DNA from: Ascoidea asiatica JCM 7603
Lineage: Eukaryota > Fungi > Ascomycota
Assembly (NCBI GenBank): GCA_001600695.1
Contig: BCKQ01000004.1
Coordinates: 720,282 to 783,929, forward strand
Direction of reading: 5' to 3'
DNA: 63,648 nucleotides
Positions 39,759 through 50,981 of the stretch are shown piece after piece (within the stretch, counting starts at the first letter, position 1; each line of letters opens with the position of its first letter). Below the pieces are notes generated by a model that ran no database searches, was not told where the DNA came from, and was given only the letters and a program-made list of their open reading frames with translations. Made by a program: the position numbers and the translations under genes.

Positions 39759-41720
39759 TTATGAAAGTTTTGGATGTTCAATACCCATACTTTTAAAAAA
39801 TTCAAGACTTTCTTCAATCATTTCTTTTCTCTTATTTTTATCCCAATTTAATTCATTACCCATAATTTCAACTGTATTTAAAATTGAATCAATAGCTTCA
39901 TTAGAATCTAAAAATGATAATCTACTTCTTCTTGATAAGAAATCAATTGGTTTTCTAATATATTCATATTTTATACAATATTTTAATTCTGCAACTGTAA
40001 ATGGTAATGAAAATTTATTATAATTAATTTCTTCTTTATTTTTAAAATGATATAATGAAATTGGTAATTGATTTTCTTTTTCATCTTCTTTAAAATAAAT
40101 TTCTAAAATTATTGGTGCTCTTGTACCATAATTTGATGATAAATGTTCTGAAATTTTAATTGGTAAATTTTTATAATTTTGAATTAATTTTGTATTAAAT
40201 AATTTATTAAAATTTTCTCCACCAATTAATTTAATTTTCTTTGTGTCACATTTTTTAAAAATTATACCATTTTCTTCAAATTCTTTTTTTTTTAATGAAA
40301 TTATTTTATTTACAGTTTCTTCTGCCATTTCTCTATATGTTGTCCATTTACCACCAGAAATTGTAATTAATCCACTTTCACTCTCATGAATTAAATGACT
40401 TCTAACTAAACCTTGAGTTTGATTTTTACCATTAATTAAATCTTCATCAGAAATATTTGTTGGATCTCTAACTAAAGGTCTAATTCCTGACCAAGCTGAT
40501 AAAACATCTTCTCTACGTACAGGAAATTTAATATAATGTTGTAATTCTTTAATAATATCTAAAATTTCTTCTTCTTTTGGTATTGGAGTATCTGGAACTT
40601 CTTTTAATGGAGAATCTGTTGTACCTGCTAAGACTTTACCTTGCCATGGTAAAAAAAACATAACTCTACCATCTGATGTTGAAGCATCTAATAATCCCAT
40701 ATTTTTTGGACAATAATATTCTGGTAAAATAATATGAACTCCAGATGATGGTACAACCATTTTTGGTAATTTTTTAATTTTTGGTGGTAAACCATTTTCA
40801 TTTTTATCCATTTCTAAAATTTGATCACTAAATGGTCCAGTTGCATTAATAACAGAAATTGAATTAATTTTATATTCTTTTCCAGTTTCTTTATCAATTG
40901 CAATAACTCCTTTAATTTTTTTATTTTCAGGATCTTTAATTAATTGTTTAACTTCCATATAATTTAAAATTGTTGAACCTTTTTCAATTGCAGTTATTGC
41001 TAAAGATGAATTAAATCTTGTATCATTAAATGTACCATCATGATAAACTAAACCTGCAATTAATTTACTTTGATCCAACATTGGAGCAATTTCAATTGCA
41101 TTTTTACTTGATAAAATATATGAATTTTTTAAATTTTGACTACCTGCAAATAAATCATACATCTTACAACCAACATAAAAATATGGTACTTGCCAATATT
41201 TATAAACTGGAATCATTATTGGTAAAATTGTTGCTAAATGTGGAGCAGTTGTTAACATATGAGATCTTTCATTTAAAGCTTCAATAACTAAATTTAATTG
41301 ATCTTTTGATAATTGAAAAAATGCTTTTTCTAAATATCTTACACCACCATGAGCCATTTTTGTTGATTTTGATGAAGTTCCACTACCAAAATCATTTTTT
41401 TCTAATAAACAAACATTTAAACCTCTTGTTTGAGCATCTAAAGCAGTACCAGTACCAACAGCACCACCACCAATAATTATTACATCAAATGGTTTATTTA
41501 ATTTATTTAACATTTCATCTCTTGTTATTGGTTCTTTAATTGATTTTATTAATGGAGGATAATCATTATTATTATTCTTTAATTCTTGATCATTTTTTAA
41601 TTTGTATGAATTATTATAATTATTATTATATAAATTATTTGCATATAAAGCAGAACCAAATAAAGTTGTTGAAATTAAAGTCTTTTTAAGAAAACTTGAT
41701 CTTAACATTCTACTTGCCAT
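39759..41720 (-). CDS. GUT2: Mitochondrial FAD-dependent glycerol-3-phosphate dehydrogenase
   Basis: DVIIIGGGAVG, GTSSKSTKMAHGGVRYL, WSGIRPL, GGKWTTYR. Confidence 0.97.
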   Translation of the reverse strand: MASRMLRSSFLKKTLISTTLFGSALYANNLYNNNYNNSYKLKNDQELKNNNNDYPPLIKSIKEPITRDEMLNKLNKPFDVIIIGGGAVGTGTALDAQTRGLNVCLLEKNDFGSGTSSKSTKMAHGGVRYLEKAFFQLSKDQLNLVIEALNERSHMLTTAPHLATILPIMIPVYKYWQVPYFYVGCKMYDLFAGSQNLKNSYILSSKNAIEIAPMLDQSKLIAGLVYHDGTFNDTRFNSSLAITAIEKGSTILNYMEVKQLIKDPENKKIKGVIAIDKETGKEYKINSISVINATGPFSDQILEMDKNENGLPPKIKKLPKMVVPSSGVHIILPEYYCPKNMGLLDASTSDGRVMFFLPWQGKVLAGTTDSPLKEVPDTPIPKEEEILDIIKELQHYIKFPVRREDVLSAWSGIRPLVRDPTNISDEDLINGKNQTQGLVRSHLIHESESGLITISGGKWTTYREMAEETVNKIISLKKKEFEENGIIFKKCDTKKIKLIGGENFNKLFNTKLIQNYKNLPIKISEHLSSNYGTRAPIILEIYFKEDEKENQLPISLYHFKNKEEINYNKFSLPFTVAELKYCIKYEYIRKPIDFLSRRSRLSFLDSNEAIDSILNTVEIMGNELNWDKNKRKEMIEESLEFFKSMGIEHPKLS

Positions 41721-42859
41721 TTTTAATTTTATATTATAAATATTATAACGGTATAATGAAAACTCGAGATAAATTAAGATCTAAGTAAATGTATAATGAA
41801 AAGTGATAAATAATAGAGTAGAATAGAATTTTTATTATTTTCTTTATCTATTTTAAAGAATATAAATATTTAAATAGAATGGAGATAAATATGTTAATTT
41901 ATAAATTACTCTTATTATATACTATATAATATATTAATCTATTAAGTACAGTATTAATATACTGTATTATATTACGTACGTAGAGTATTTTAGATTAATA
42001 TTGTAGTGTGAGTTAAGTTAAATAAAAAAAGGTGATGCAAATTTATTAACGGAACTACCAATAATATTTGAAATGAATGAATGTGATATTTTTTATAATA
42101 ATGAATTTTTCAAAAAATTCAATTTCTTCAGTTTCTTTACTTTTTTAAATAAATTCGACTTTATTTGACTGTAAGTCACTTACGTAGGTTCATTTTCTAA
42201 ATAACTTTTACAGATTAAGAAGGTGAGTGGAAATTATTACAAATATTATCGAAATTAAATATTATACAGTACGTAATAAGTTACTGGAATTACTGAAATT
42301 ATTGAAATTATATTTCAATTAAAGATTTGATTATGTTCAACAATGCGATTTTGTTTAATGTTTTTTTTTTTTTTTTTTTTTTTGGCTCTGATTGTCTCAA
42401 AATTAATTTCAATTAGTTTCAATTGTTTTAGTAATCCAAAACGTTCTTTAGATCCAAAAATATTTTACAATAAATATGAACAGTAAATCATTTGACCCTA
42501 ATGATTCCATTATTATTTATATTCTTTTAGAGCTTAGAAAGTGGGATAAACTTGAGAATAATTTCAAATGAAACTTCATGGAGAGATTTAAGAGTTAAGA
42601 AAAAAGGTAGTTTTTTATCAACAAAACTCGAGTTTCTCCATAAAATTAATGAAAATAATGAAAATAATGAAAATAATGAAAATATCAGTGATTTATTGAG
42701 GAAAGGCTGAACGAAGAAATAAAGAGGTGTTAGTGTAAGTTGGTGTGTTGTTGTATTAACAGAGGGACAGCATGTTTTGTTAAGTATATGAAAAGGCAAA
42801 TAATAGCAGTAATAGCACTTGTTTGTCGCATTAAGCACAGGTGTTCTGTTAGTATTTTC

Positions 42860-43215
42860 AGACTTTGAAATTGGCTGACTGCCAGTAAAAAGTCATGAGA
42901 CCCGCAAGTGGCGAGATCATTGAGCAATGAGATGGGGCGAGGCTGGTGCTCCGTATCGAGCCCAGTGCAGGCAGCGAAAGCCCAGTGAAAGAGCAGCAAA
43001 AGCTCCGTGACAAGCTCAGGGGGCACAAAAGCGGGGCAGCGGAGAAAACACCCGCCACACAAAGACCTGAAAGGGGAGAAAGCCTGGGGCTAAGCTTAAA
43101 CGCTGCATATTCGTTTAGGAGCCCACTGTGGTTTTTTTGTTTTTCCAGCTCCAAGAAACAGACGCTTCCGATTGGCTGAGGGCTGGGTGACTATCTCCTT
43201 TGGGCTGTTTGAAGC
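42860..43215. promoter_or_regulatory. GC-rich island, probable GUT2 carbon-source UAS
   Basis: Two ATTGGCTGA (CCAAT box) copies at 42870-42878 and 43171-43179, plus SYGGGG Mig1-like boxes (GCGGGG 43032-43037, CTGGGG 43084-43089). Confidence 0.5.
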
Positions 43216-45007
43216 TTCCCACTTATTTATTGCACCCTACTTTTGTTACTTTTGTTACTTTTGCTGATCGTTATGGAAAACGTTCCGACAAAATAATTAT
43301 TATTTTATTACGAATATTATTTCCTTTTACTGGTATCTTTTTAGTTTGAGGCAATGACTTCCTTGAAGAAACAGAAGAAACATCAGTGGTACATCACCTC
43401 ATGGCATAATTTCAATTTTTACAATCTAATTACTAATATGACCGCAAAGAAAATGAAATTGATAAAAACCTAGAATAAATTGAAGAAATATTGCATATTT
43501 AAGATTTTAAACAAAGTACCACTAAATTCTATCCCTTATTGTCCTTGTTCTTTTTATTCATTAACGAATATTCAAGTTTAATCCTATCCCCCTTTTTGAA
43601 ATTTCCTTTCTGATACAGATCAGCAGTTCTTAATAATCCATTCATTAAATCACAATCTAGTAAGCTAATGATTTATCTCTAATCCACTGATATAAAAAAA
43701 ACACAAAACGTGAATGAAATTATCTAGGAATAACCTGTATTTTCAATTACATTAAAAGTTTCCTTCATTAATTTGATAGTATTCTTTATCAAAAATTAAG
43801 AGTCTTTTCAAAAAAAAATTGCAGCATACTATATTTTTAAAGAGTTACATTCAAAAATCAGTAATGATTTATAACATTCTATTAAAATGCTTTTCAAAAT
43901 ATTGAAATTTGTTTAATATTGAAAAGAGTTTTTTCTTAAGAATCATTTAATCTCCAAGTGAAGGTTTTTGAAGTAACTACATCAGCTTAAAGAAATTGTA
44001 CTTTCTAATATAGGAAAAAATAAATCAAGTGTTTTCAATCTGCATTTGATTGAATTATCAAAATCTACTGAATTTAAAGTGACATATAATATATTCATTT
44101 ATATAAATTATTATCACCAATTTCCAAATAAATTTTCATAAAAGGAAATTCAAAAATATAATAAATTATTACAATAATGTTATTTTCTTTTGCTTAGAAT
44201 TCCTTACAATTATGGTTTACATTTTTAAAATATATTTCTAAAAAAATTTATCATTGTATTATAAACTTTTTAACAATATTTCTTTATCCTTCGAAACACA
44301 TCATTCGGATTTAAAGGATTAATTATACTTTTTTTCATTATTTGAATTTAAAATTGTATTTGAATAAATTTTTATTAAATCTTTTACTTATGCTTTTTAT
44401 AAACAAAATATCTAAATTTATTAAAAGAATTAATCATCTAATGATAAATGTAAGTTTAAATTTTTATCAAGAGAAAAAGGTAAACTAAATTACATTTATA
44501 TAATTACAATGTTGAACAATTATCAATAAAAATTTAATACCATTTAAGCTTAATTAAAGTTAATAAAGGGTTCTGCAGTATGTGTCATTTTTCTGCATAC
44601 TATAGCATACAACTTATATTTAACATTTTTCCGAGAATGAATTTTAATACAGTAGCAAATTGAAATAATGAAATTTATTGAATGAAATTTATTATTTCTC
44701 TAATTAGATTTATTTTCAATTATAAATAATTTATTAATGAACTCTAAAAAGATAAAAATTTTTTTGTAATTTTTTCAAACTTTTCATCGGAAAATTCTAT
44801 AGGAAAATTCAATCGGATATATCCGATATATCGGAAAAACAATTTACTAAATTCAACAAAATTTTTAAAAATTACTAATTATACAAAATACATTTCATTT
44901 TATTCCTTTTCAATTCATCACCTCATTAATTATAATTATACTATATATAAATCTATACATACTTATTTATTTACAAGAGTTTTTATATATATTTTTTTTT
45001 AATTTGA

Positions 45008-47401
45008 TCACAAAGAACAACATTCTAATAAATTTGAATAAAATTTAATTAAAAAAAAATCAATTAATTCAGTTTCTTCAATTGTTGTAACTTGATAAAA
45101 CTTATTTAATGGAACATTAATTAAAATTGGCATCATTAAAACTTCATTATAATTTCCAATTTTATTAAAATTTTTACTACTATTATCATTATTACTTATA
45201 AAAGTATTACTATCATTATTATTATTAAGATTATTTTTAGAAATATTTAATTCATTATTAATTTTATCATTTTTAACATTTAAAAATTCTTCAATATTAA
45301 TATTATTCAAATTACCAATTTTATTTAAAATAAAATTATTACTAAAATTATTCATTCCAATCTTTACTGAATTTTCATTAATTTCATTTATACGTTTTTG
45401 AATTAAAATATTATTTAAAGCTTTTTTAATATGTCTTCTTTCATTAAAATAGCCAATTATAGGTTTTAATTCTTGATCATTAATAAAATTATTTCCATTT
45501 GAAGTTTTTGGTAATATTGAAGGTATTTTACATTTTGGATTATTAAATTTTAAATAAATTTCAATTTTAAAAAAATTTTCTTCTTTAATTTCATATGAAA
45601 TTCTTTTAAAATTATTTTCTTCAATTTCTAATTCATCTTCAATTTTAATAATTTCTAAAATTTTATTCAATTCATTAATTATTCCATTTTTACTAAATTC
45701 ATCAAATTTTTCAATTAATTTATCATAGTTATTATTATTATTGTTATTATCAAATGCTAACTTATTCGTAATTTTATTTAATAATTTGAATTCATCTTTA
45801 AATTTCTTATTATTTGAAACAATACTTTCATAATCTATAGGAAATGTAATATCACATATTAAATCAAGTTTCCCATCAATTAACCAATTTAGCTTGTTAT
45901 CTAAGATTCCATTACTTTTTTTCAAATCTATTTCATTGAATCTAATTCTAACAATTCTTCTTTCTTTATCATTATCATTGTTTATACTTATAATATTATT
46001 AGTTTCATCATTATTACTATTAATATCATTATTGTTATTATTATTATTATTATTATTCATTAACTCATTATTAATTGTATCACTTATCAAAGTATTATCT
46101 TTGTTACTATTATTATTGCTTGTATCATTTATATTCTGTTGAGAATTTAATTCATTTATATTAGAAGAAGATAAATTTAAGTTTATTTTAGTTTTAATAT
46201 TATTTCTATTTATTTTTGATTTTTGTTTTTCATGAATTGTAAATAAAGAATCATTAATTGAACCTGAACAACTTTTACAATTTAAAAAATCAGTTAAAAT
46301 CCAATTTAATCTTAATTTATCCATTTGTAAATTAAAAATTGAAAACTTAGTAATATTATTAGAATTAATAATATTTATAGTTGAATCTATAATTTTTATA
46401 TTTTTAATTTCATAATTTAAATTTTTAAATAAATATTCAGCAATATTTTTAATTTTTAAATTATTTAAATTTTTATCAATTTCATTTGTATTTATATTAC
46501 AAGTCATTCCAGATATTTGAATATCTTGAATTATACCTTTACCATGATACCAATTTGAAAAAGATAAAGTTATAGAAAATTCTTTAATTGAAATATTATA
46601 AAAATTTTTATTATTTTTTGAAATTATATTAATATCATTAAATAAAAGTACATTTTTTTTCCAATTTGTTGAAATATTATCATCATTAAATTGAAATTTA
46701 AAATTTTTTTTATTATAATAACCACTTAATAATAAATTTCCAATAAATCTATTTATTTTAATTTTTATTGAAATTGGATAATCGAAATAATTGATTGAAT
46801 AAATTATTAAAGATGCAAAAGTTGTTGTACCTAAGATTATCCATAAAATATTTGAAACTAAAAACCAAGAGAAAATTGCAGAAATATCATCAGTATTAAA
46901 AGGTCTATTTTGTTTAATTAAATACCATTTTAGATTTAATAATAATTTATTACTATAAGCTTGATTTTTTAAAATAAATTCTTTTCTTGATTTTGGTATA
47001 CCTTCAATAAGATATTTATTCATAGGATCAGGTAATTGATGAATATCATTAGAATTTGATATACTTTTATTAATTGATTTAGTATTTATAGTATTATTAT
47101 CATTACTAATTTTTAGATTTTGAATATTTTCATTAGTTATATTATTTAAGAGATTTATTTTCTGCTTTGAATTATTCAATTTAAAAAAATTATTATTTTT
47201 TTTATTATTATTAATATCATTATTATGATTTTCTTTATAATTCAAGGAAAGAAATCTTTTGAAATTATTTACAGGATTTAAAGAAATGTATTTAATTGAA
47301 TATTTATTTGAATTGATTAATAACTTAGCTCTCCTACAATTTTTAACTTTAATGGAATTATTTATTATTCTGTTTCGGGATATACTGAAAATTTTATACA
47401 T
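45008..47401 (-). CDS. Mdm31/Mdm32-family mitochondrial inner-membrane protein (divergent, probably the Mdm32-like paralogue)
   Basis: LKWYLIKQNRPFNTDDISAIFSWFLVSNILWIILGTTTF, ITLSFSNWYHGKGII, SGSINDSLFTIH. Confidence 0.85.
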   Translation of the reverse strand: MYKIFSISRNRIINNSIKVKNCRRAKLLINSNKYSIKYISLNPVNNFKRFLSLNYKENHNNDINNNKKNNNFFKLNNSKQKINLLNNITNENIQNLKISNDNNTINTKSINKSISNSNDIHQLPDPMNKYLIEGIPKSRKEFILKNQAYSNKLLLNLKWYLIKQNRPFNTDDISAIFSWFLVSNILWIILGTTTFASLIIYSINYFDYPISIKIKINRFIGNLLLSGYYNKKNFKFQFNDDNISTNWKKNVLLFNDINIISKNNKNFYNISIKEFSITLSFSNWYHGKGIIQDIQISGMTCNINTNEIDKNLNNLKIKNIAEYLFKNLNYEIKNIKIIDSTINIINSNNITKFSIFNLQMDKLRLNWILTDFLNCKSCSGSINDSLFTIHEKQKSKINRNNIKTKINLNLSSSNINELNSQQNINDTSNNNSNKDNTLISDTINNELMNNNNNNNNNNDINSNNDETNNIISINNDNDKERRIVRIRFNEIDLKKSNGILDNKLNWLIDGKLDLICDITFPIDYESIVSNNKKFKDEFKLLNKITNKLAFDNNNNNNNYDKLIEKFDEFSKNGIINELNKILEIIKIEDELEIEENNFKRISYEIKEENFFKIEIYLKFNNPKCKIPSILPKTSNGNNFINDQELKPIIGYFNERRHIKKALNNILIQKRINEINENSVKIGMNNFSNNFILNKIGNLNNINIEEFLNVKNDKINNELNISKNNLNNNNDSNTFISNNDNSSKNFNKIGNYNEVLMMPILINVPLNKFYQVTTIEETELIDFFLIKFYSNLLECCSL

Positions 47402-47773
47402 TTTGTTCGCATTTTTTTCTCTTTAATTGCTTTCTTTGTTTGATTCCAAAAGATTCAATTGAAATTGCAGTTTCACTATTCAAATCAACTTGTTTAATAG
47501 AAGAGTAACTAACATTTTCTTGGATGTATTGATTGTCAGAAGATTATTAGAACATGAGTTATATCACAAGAGTAGAATAAATATAAAAAAAGAAGATCAG
47601 TTTCAGCTTCTTGTGCTTTGTGAGATAAATAAATAAATCAATAACGCACACCGCCCAATCAAATCCCGAGGTGGGAAAATGTTTTCCAAAGCAAAAGAAA
47701 CCAGTGTGGTGGGTCCAGTTTAAAATAAGAAAATTGATCATTACTGGATACCGACAAAGAAACTACAAATTCC

Positions 47774-47872
47774 CTCCCGGTGGCCAAGCTGGCTAAGGCG
47801 CGAGACTGTAATGTTTCACTTTGTGAGATCAAAGTAATCTTGAGATCGGGTGTTCGACTCACCCCCGGGAGA
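47774..47872 (+). tRNA. tRNA-Tyr(GTA) with 25-nt intron (47812-47836)
   Basis: Acceptor stem CTCCCGG/CCGGGAG, D-arm, anticodon stem CGAGA/TCTTG with GTA at 47808-47810, T-arm GGGTG-TTCGACT-CACCC, discriminator A. Confidence 0.97.
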
Positions 47873-47880
47873 TTTTTTTT
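47873..47880 (+). terminator. Pol III terminator (T8) of tRNA-Tyr
   Basis: T run immediately after the discriminator base. Confidence 0.85.
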
Positions 47881-48042
47881 ATTATATTTTTATAATATAT
47901 ATTATTTTTTTATTAATTATTTAATTTACAGTGAAATAAACATTTATTTCTTTTTTTTTATCATAATGTTTTTAGTTAAATATTATAGAAAGAGTATAGA
48001 AAAAGGAATATCATTTTAAATTAGTACCATAGTTTGAAAAGC

Positions 48043-49050
48043 TTATAAGGGTAAAATATTTGGAATTGGACCTAAAGGAGTAATACCATGAGGATTAATT
48101 GCAGGATGACTTTTAGTATAATGAAATTTAATATGATCAAAATTAGTTGTTTCTCTAAAAGCAGGAATATTCCAATAAAGATATCTAACCCATTTATGAA
48201 TATATGGAAAATCATATCTTATCATACCTAAATTACATTTAAAATGTTGATGATAAACAGGATCAAATCTTATAATTGTTGTAAATAATCTAACATCAAC
48301 TTCAGTTAAAACTGTTTTATTCTTTTTTTCATCAAAAACCATAAAAAATCCATTTTTATCTGGATTTTTTTCTAATTTATAATTTTTTTCTAAAATTTTT
48401 TCAACTTTTTTTAAATGTTCAAATAATTTTAAAACATGATTTTCATAAACTTTTTGTTCAGTTGCAAAACCAGATTTATAAACTCCATTATTAATATTAT
48501 CATAAATCCAATCATTTAATTCATCAATTTTAGACTTTAATTCAATTGGATATAAATCTAAATTTTTTTGATCATTTGATAATTCATCCATTGAATTAAA
48601 TTGAGTATTAAAAATTCTAATAATTTCACTACTTTCATTATTAACAATTGTCTTTTTTTCTTTATCCCATAATACAGGTACAGTAAATCTACCTTTATAA
48701 TTTGGATTTGCTTTATAATATAATTCAGAAATATAATTTGAATTATATAATTTATCAATTGTTGCATCTTTACAAGGATCTTCATCATTAGGAAATTTCC
48801 AACCTCTTGCCCCCATTTTCCAATGAACAATTGAAACATCAATTAATGGAATTAAACCTTTTAAAGATCTAACAATTAAAGCTCTACAAGCCCATGGACA
48901 TGCATATGAAACATATAAATGATATCTATTTTTTGCAGGTGTCAAAGTTAAATTTCTAAATGAACTTTGTTGTCTTCTAAATTCACCATCATTATCAGAA
49001 AATTTATGAATTTTTAAATTTGGTTGTTTTGGATCAATTTCTTCTGACAT
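48043..49050 (-). CDS. ECM4: Glutathionyl-hydroquinone reductase / omega-like GST (Ecm4/Gto family)
   Basis: GEFRRQ, RYHLYVSYACPWA, FTVPVLWD, IVNNESSEIIR, INNGVYKSGFA, HIKFHYTKSH. Confidence 0.92.
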   Translation of the reverse strand: MSEEIDPKQPNLKIHKFSDNDGEFRRQQSSFRNLTLTPAKNRYHLYVSYACPWACRALIVRSLKGLIPLIDVSIVHWKMGARGWKFPNDEDPCKDATIDKLYNSNYISELYYKANPNYKGRFTVPVLWDKEKKTIVNNESSEIIRIFNTQFNSMDELSNDQKNLDLYPIELKSKIDELNDWIYDNINNGVYKSGFATEQKVYENHVLKLFEHLKKVEKILEKNYKLEKNPDKNGFFMVFDEKKNKTVLTEVDVRLFTTIIRFDPVYHQHFKCNLGMIRYDFPYIHKWVRYLYWNIPAFRETTNFDHIKFHYTKSHPAINPHGITPLGPIPNILPL

Positions 49051-49330
49051 TTTTAAAAACTTGATTGAGATAATATATATATATATATAATGTATATATA
49101 CAGTATGGTAGTTTAATAATATAATAATAGTAGTTAAATATATGAATCAAACTATTTAACTTTAGATAATCAGAAAATTAAATAGTTGTCTAAAAATTTT
49201 TAAATCAAGGGATAATTTGATCTACTTTTATATTGAATTCAAACTGGATTGCTCAATTTGAATTGAATTTAGAAACAATATTAACAGTTTGAAACAGTAC
49301 TAAATTATATTTCTGGGTTTAATTCTCATT

Positions 49331-49465
49331 TTACTAATATTTTACTAAGTATTTTGTAAAAGATTTACTAATAATTTACTAAGGATTCAGTAACAATTTG
49401 GCTATCTCAGTAACATTTTAGCAATATTTACCTGGAAATAGCTTTTTTATTATTTTTTTAGTCAG
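49331..49465. promoter_or_regulatory. Cluster of Yap1/Cap1 response elements upstream of ECM4
   Basis: TTACTAA at 49331, 49342, 49365 and 49376; TCAGTAA variants near 49387 and 49407; TTAGTCA at 49458. Confidence 0.7.
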
Positions 49466-49650
49466 CAGCGGAGTATTTTTCCATTGTTGACAGACAAGAA
49501 TATTGAGACCAAATCCCCGGGCCTTATTTTAAAAAAAAAAAAAATTTGGAAGAGGTCCCAAGAAACTGGCTTCAATAATAATAATTATTAATTTGATAAT
49601 TTATTAAAAAAGAGATAAAGAAATATAGAAATAAAGAAATAAAATTGTAA

Positions 49651-50579
49651 TTAAACTTCTTCAATGAAACATATAACTTTTTTTATCAATTCATCTTCTG
49701 CTCCAAATTCACTATCTGATCCAACATTATGAGTAGCACCTTTAATTACTCCCGAATATTTACTCCAATATTTATCATTAACAAACTTTGACCAATTTTT
49801 AATTAATAAATCTTTATTTAAATCTTTTGGAACATATTCATCATTTCCACTATAACAAATTAATAATGGAATTTTAATTTTACCAAAAGTTAAAGATAAT
49901 CTTTCATTTGATAAATCAGAAGAGAAATAATCATCATCACCATTTTTATCACATAATGATAACCATCTATAAGCTGTGATTGGAGTATTAAACCATAATT
50001 TTGAAAATTTATTTGATAAAATAATTTGTAAGTTATTATCATTATTTGAAACTAATTCTTTAACTTCATTATTTAATTCTTTAACTTTATTTTCATTTAA
50101 TTGAGATATTATTGATTCTCTATCAGAAACTGGAGCTTGTAAAATTAATCCATTAATTTTTTGTTTTTCAAAAATTTCAATTGTATTAAAATGAATAACA
50201 TCTTGACAACCTGTTGAATGTCCCATTAAGATAATTTTACCACTTTTATCACCATTAATAAACTTCTTATTTAAATATTTAATTAATTCATTAATTTCAA
50301 ATACATCATCATTTAAACTATTCAAACCCCATCCTTTATATGATGAAGATATAGTAATTTGAATTAATTTCCAATTACCTTTGTATTTTTTACTTAATTC
50401 GATATTAAGTTTTTGTAAATATGGTACAGTTAATAACCCATCCCTAAACCACCAATGAATATTATAAAATTATTATTATTATTATTAATATCAATGGAAC
50501 TAAGATCCTCAATTCCAAGTGTTTTGAATTCAAATGCACATAAGCCAGGATAATATGAATGTAAAGTTCCTTTTGCCAT
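49651..50579 (-). pseudogene. DUF1749 alpha/beta hydrolase with a 1-nt frameshift at about 50442-50444 (pseudogene or sequencing error)
   Basis: MAKGTLHSY...FIGGLG continues in another frame as DGLLTVPY...SSSYKGWG...MGHSTGCQD...QAPVSDRE...DDDYFSSDL. Confidence 0.8.
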
Positions 50580-50981
50580 TTGTTGCCAACAATTTATTCT
50601 TTTTCTTCTTATTCTTATTATTCTTCTTCGATTACTCCTTCTATATTTGTATTTCAATAACCAGCTGCTGTTCAATTTCCAACAGCACTTCAAAGTTCCT
50701 TTTCTACAGAAGTGAACAGTCTTATCTCCACTAAACCAAAACAGGAAATATATCTTACTGCTATCGTTAATTCCACACTGAAATAACTAATTTCAATTTA
50801 TTTTTTTTAAAATCCAAAACTCAACGCCAGAATTGAGGATCTTCTTTTGAGTTGCTTTTGATTGGACCAGCAACCATAATTGACATATATAAAAAACACT
50901 ATATAAAGTATTTAAAGTATATAAAATATTTATTTTGATGTTTCAATTGAAATAGATGTATACCAGCAGTAACATTGATAT

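Noticed and set aside
42527-43179. Four overlapping short ORFs in the GC island
   Set aside because: Mostly non-ATG starts and expected from local GC richness; no recognisable motif.
44600-44850. Point-centromere CDEIII-like TTTTTCCGA in AT-rich DNA
   Set aside because: No CDEI (RTCACRTG) at the proper spacing and the CDEIII match is poor.
45008-45030. C-terminal CCSL of the Mdm31/32-like protein as a CaaX box
   Set aside because: The family resides in the mitochondrial inner membrane; likely coincidental.
47559-48019. ORFs overlapping 47.6-48.0 kb
   Set aside because: Explained by the tRNA-Tyr gene and its flanks.
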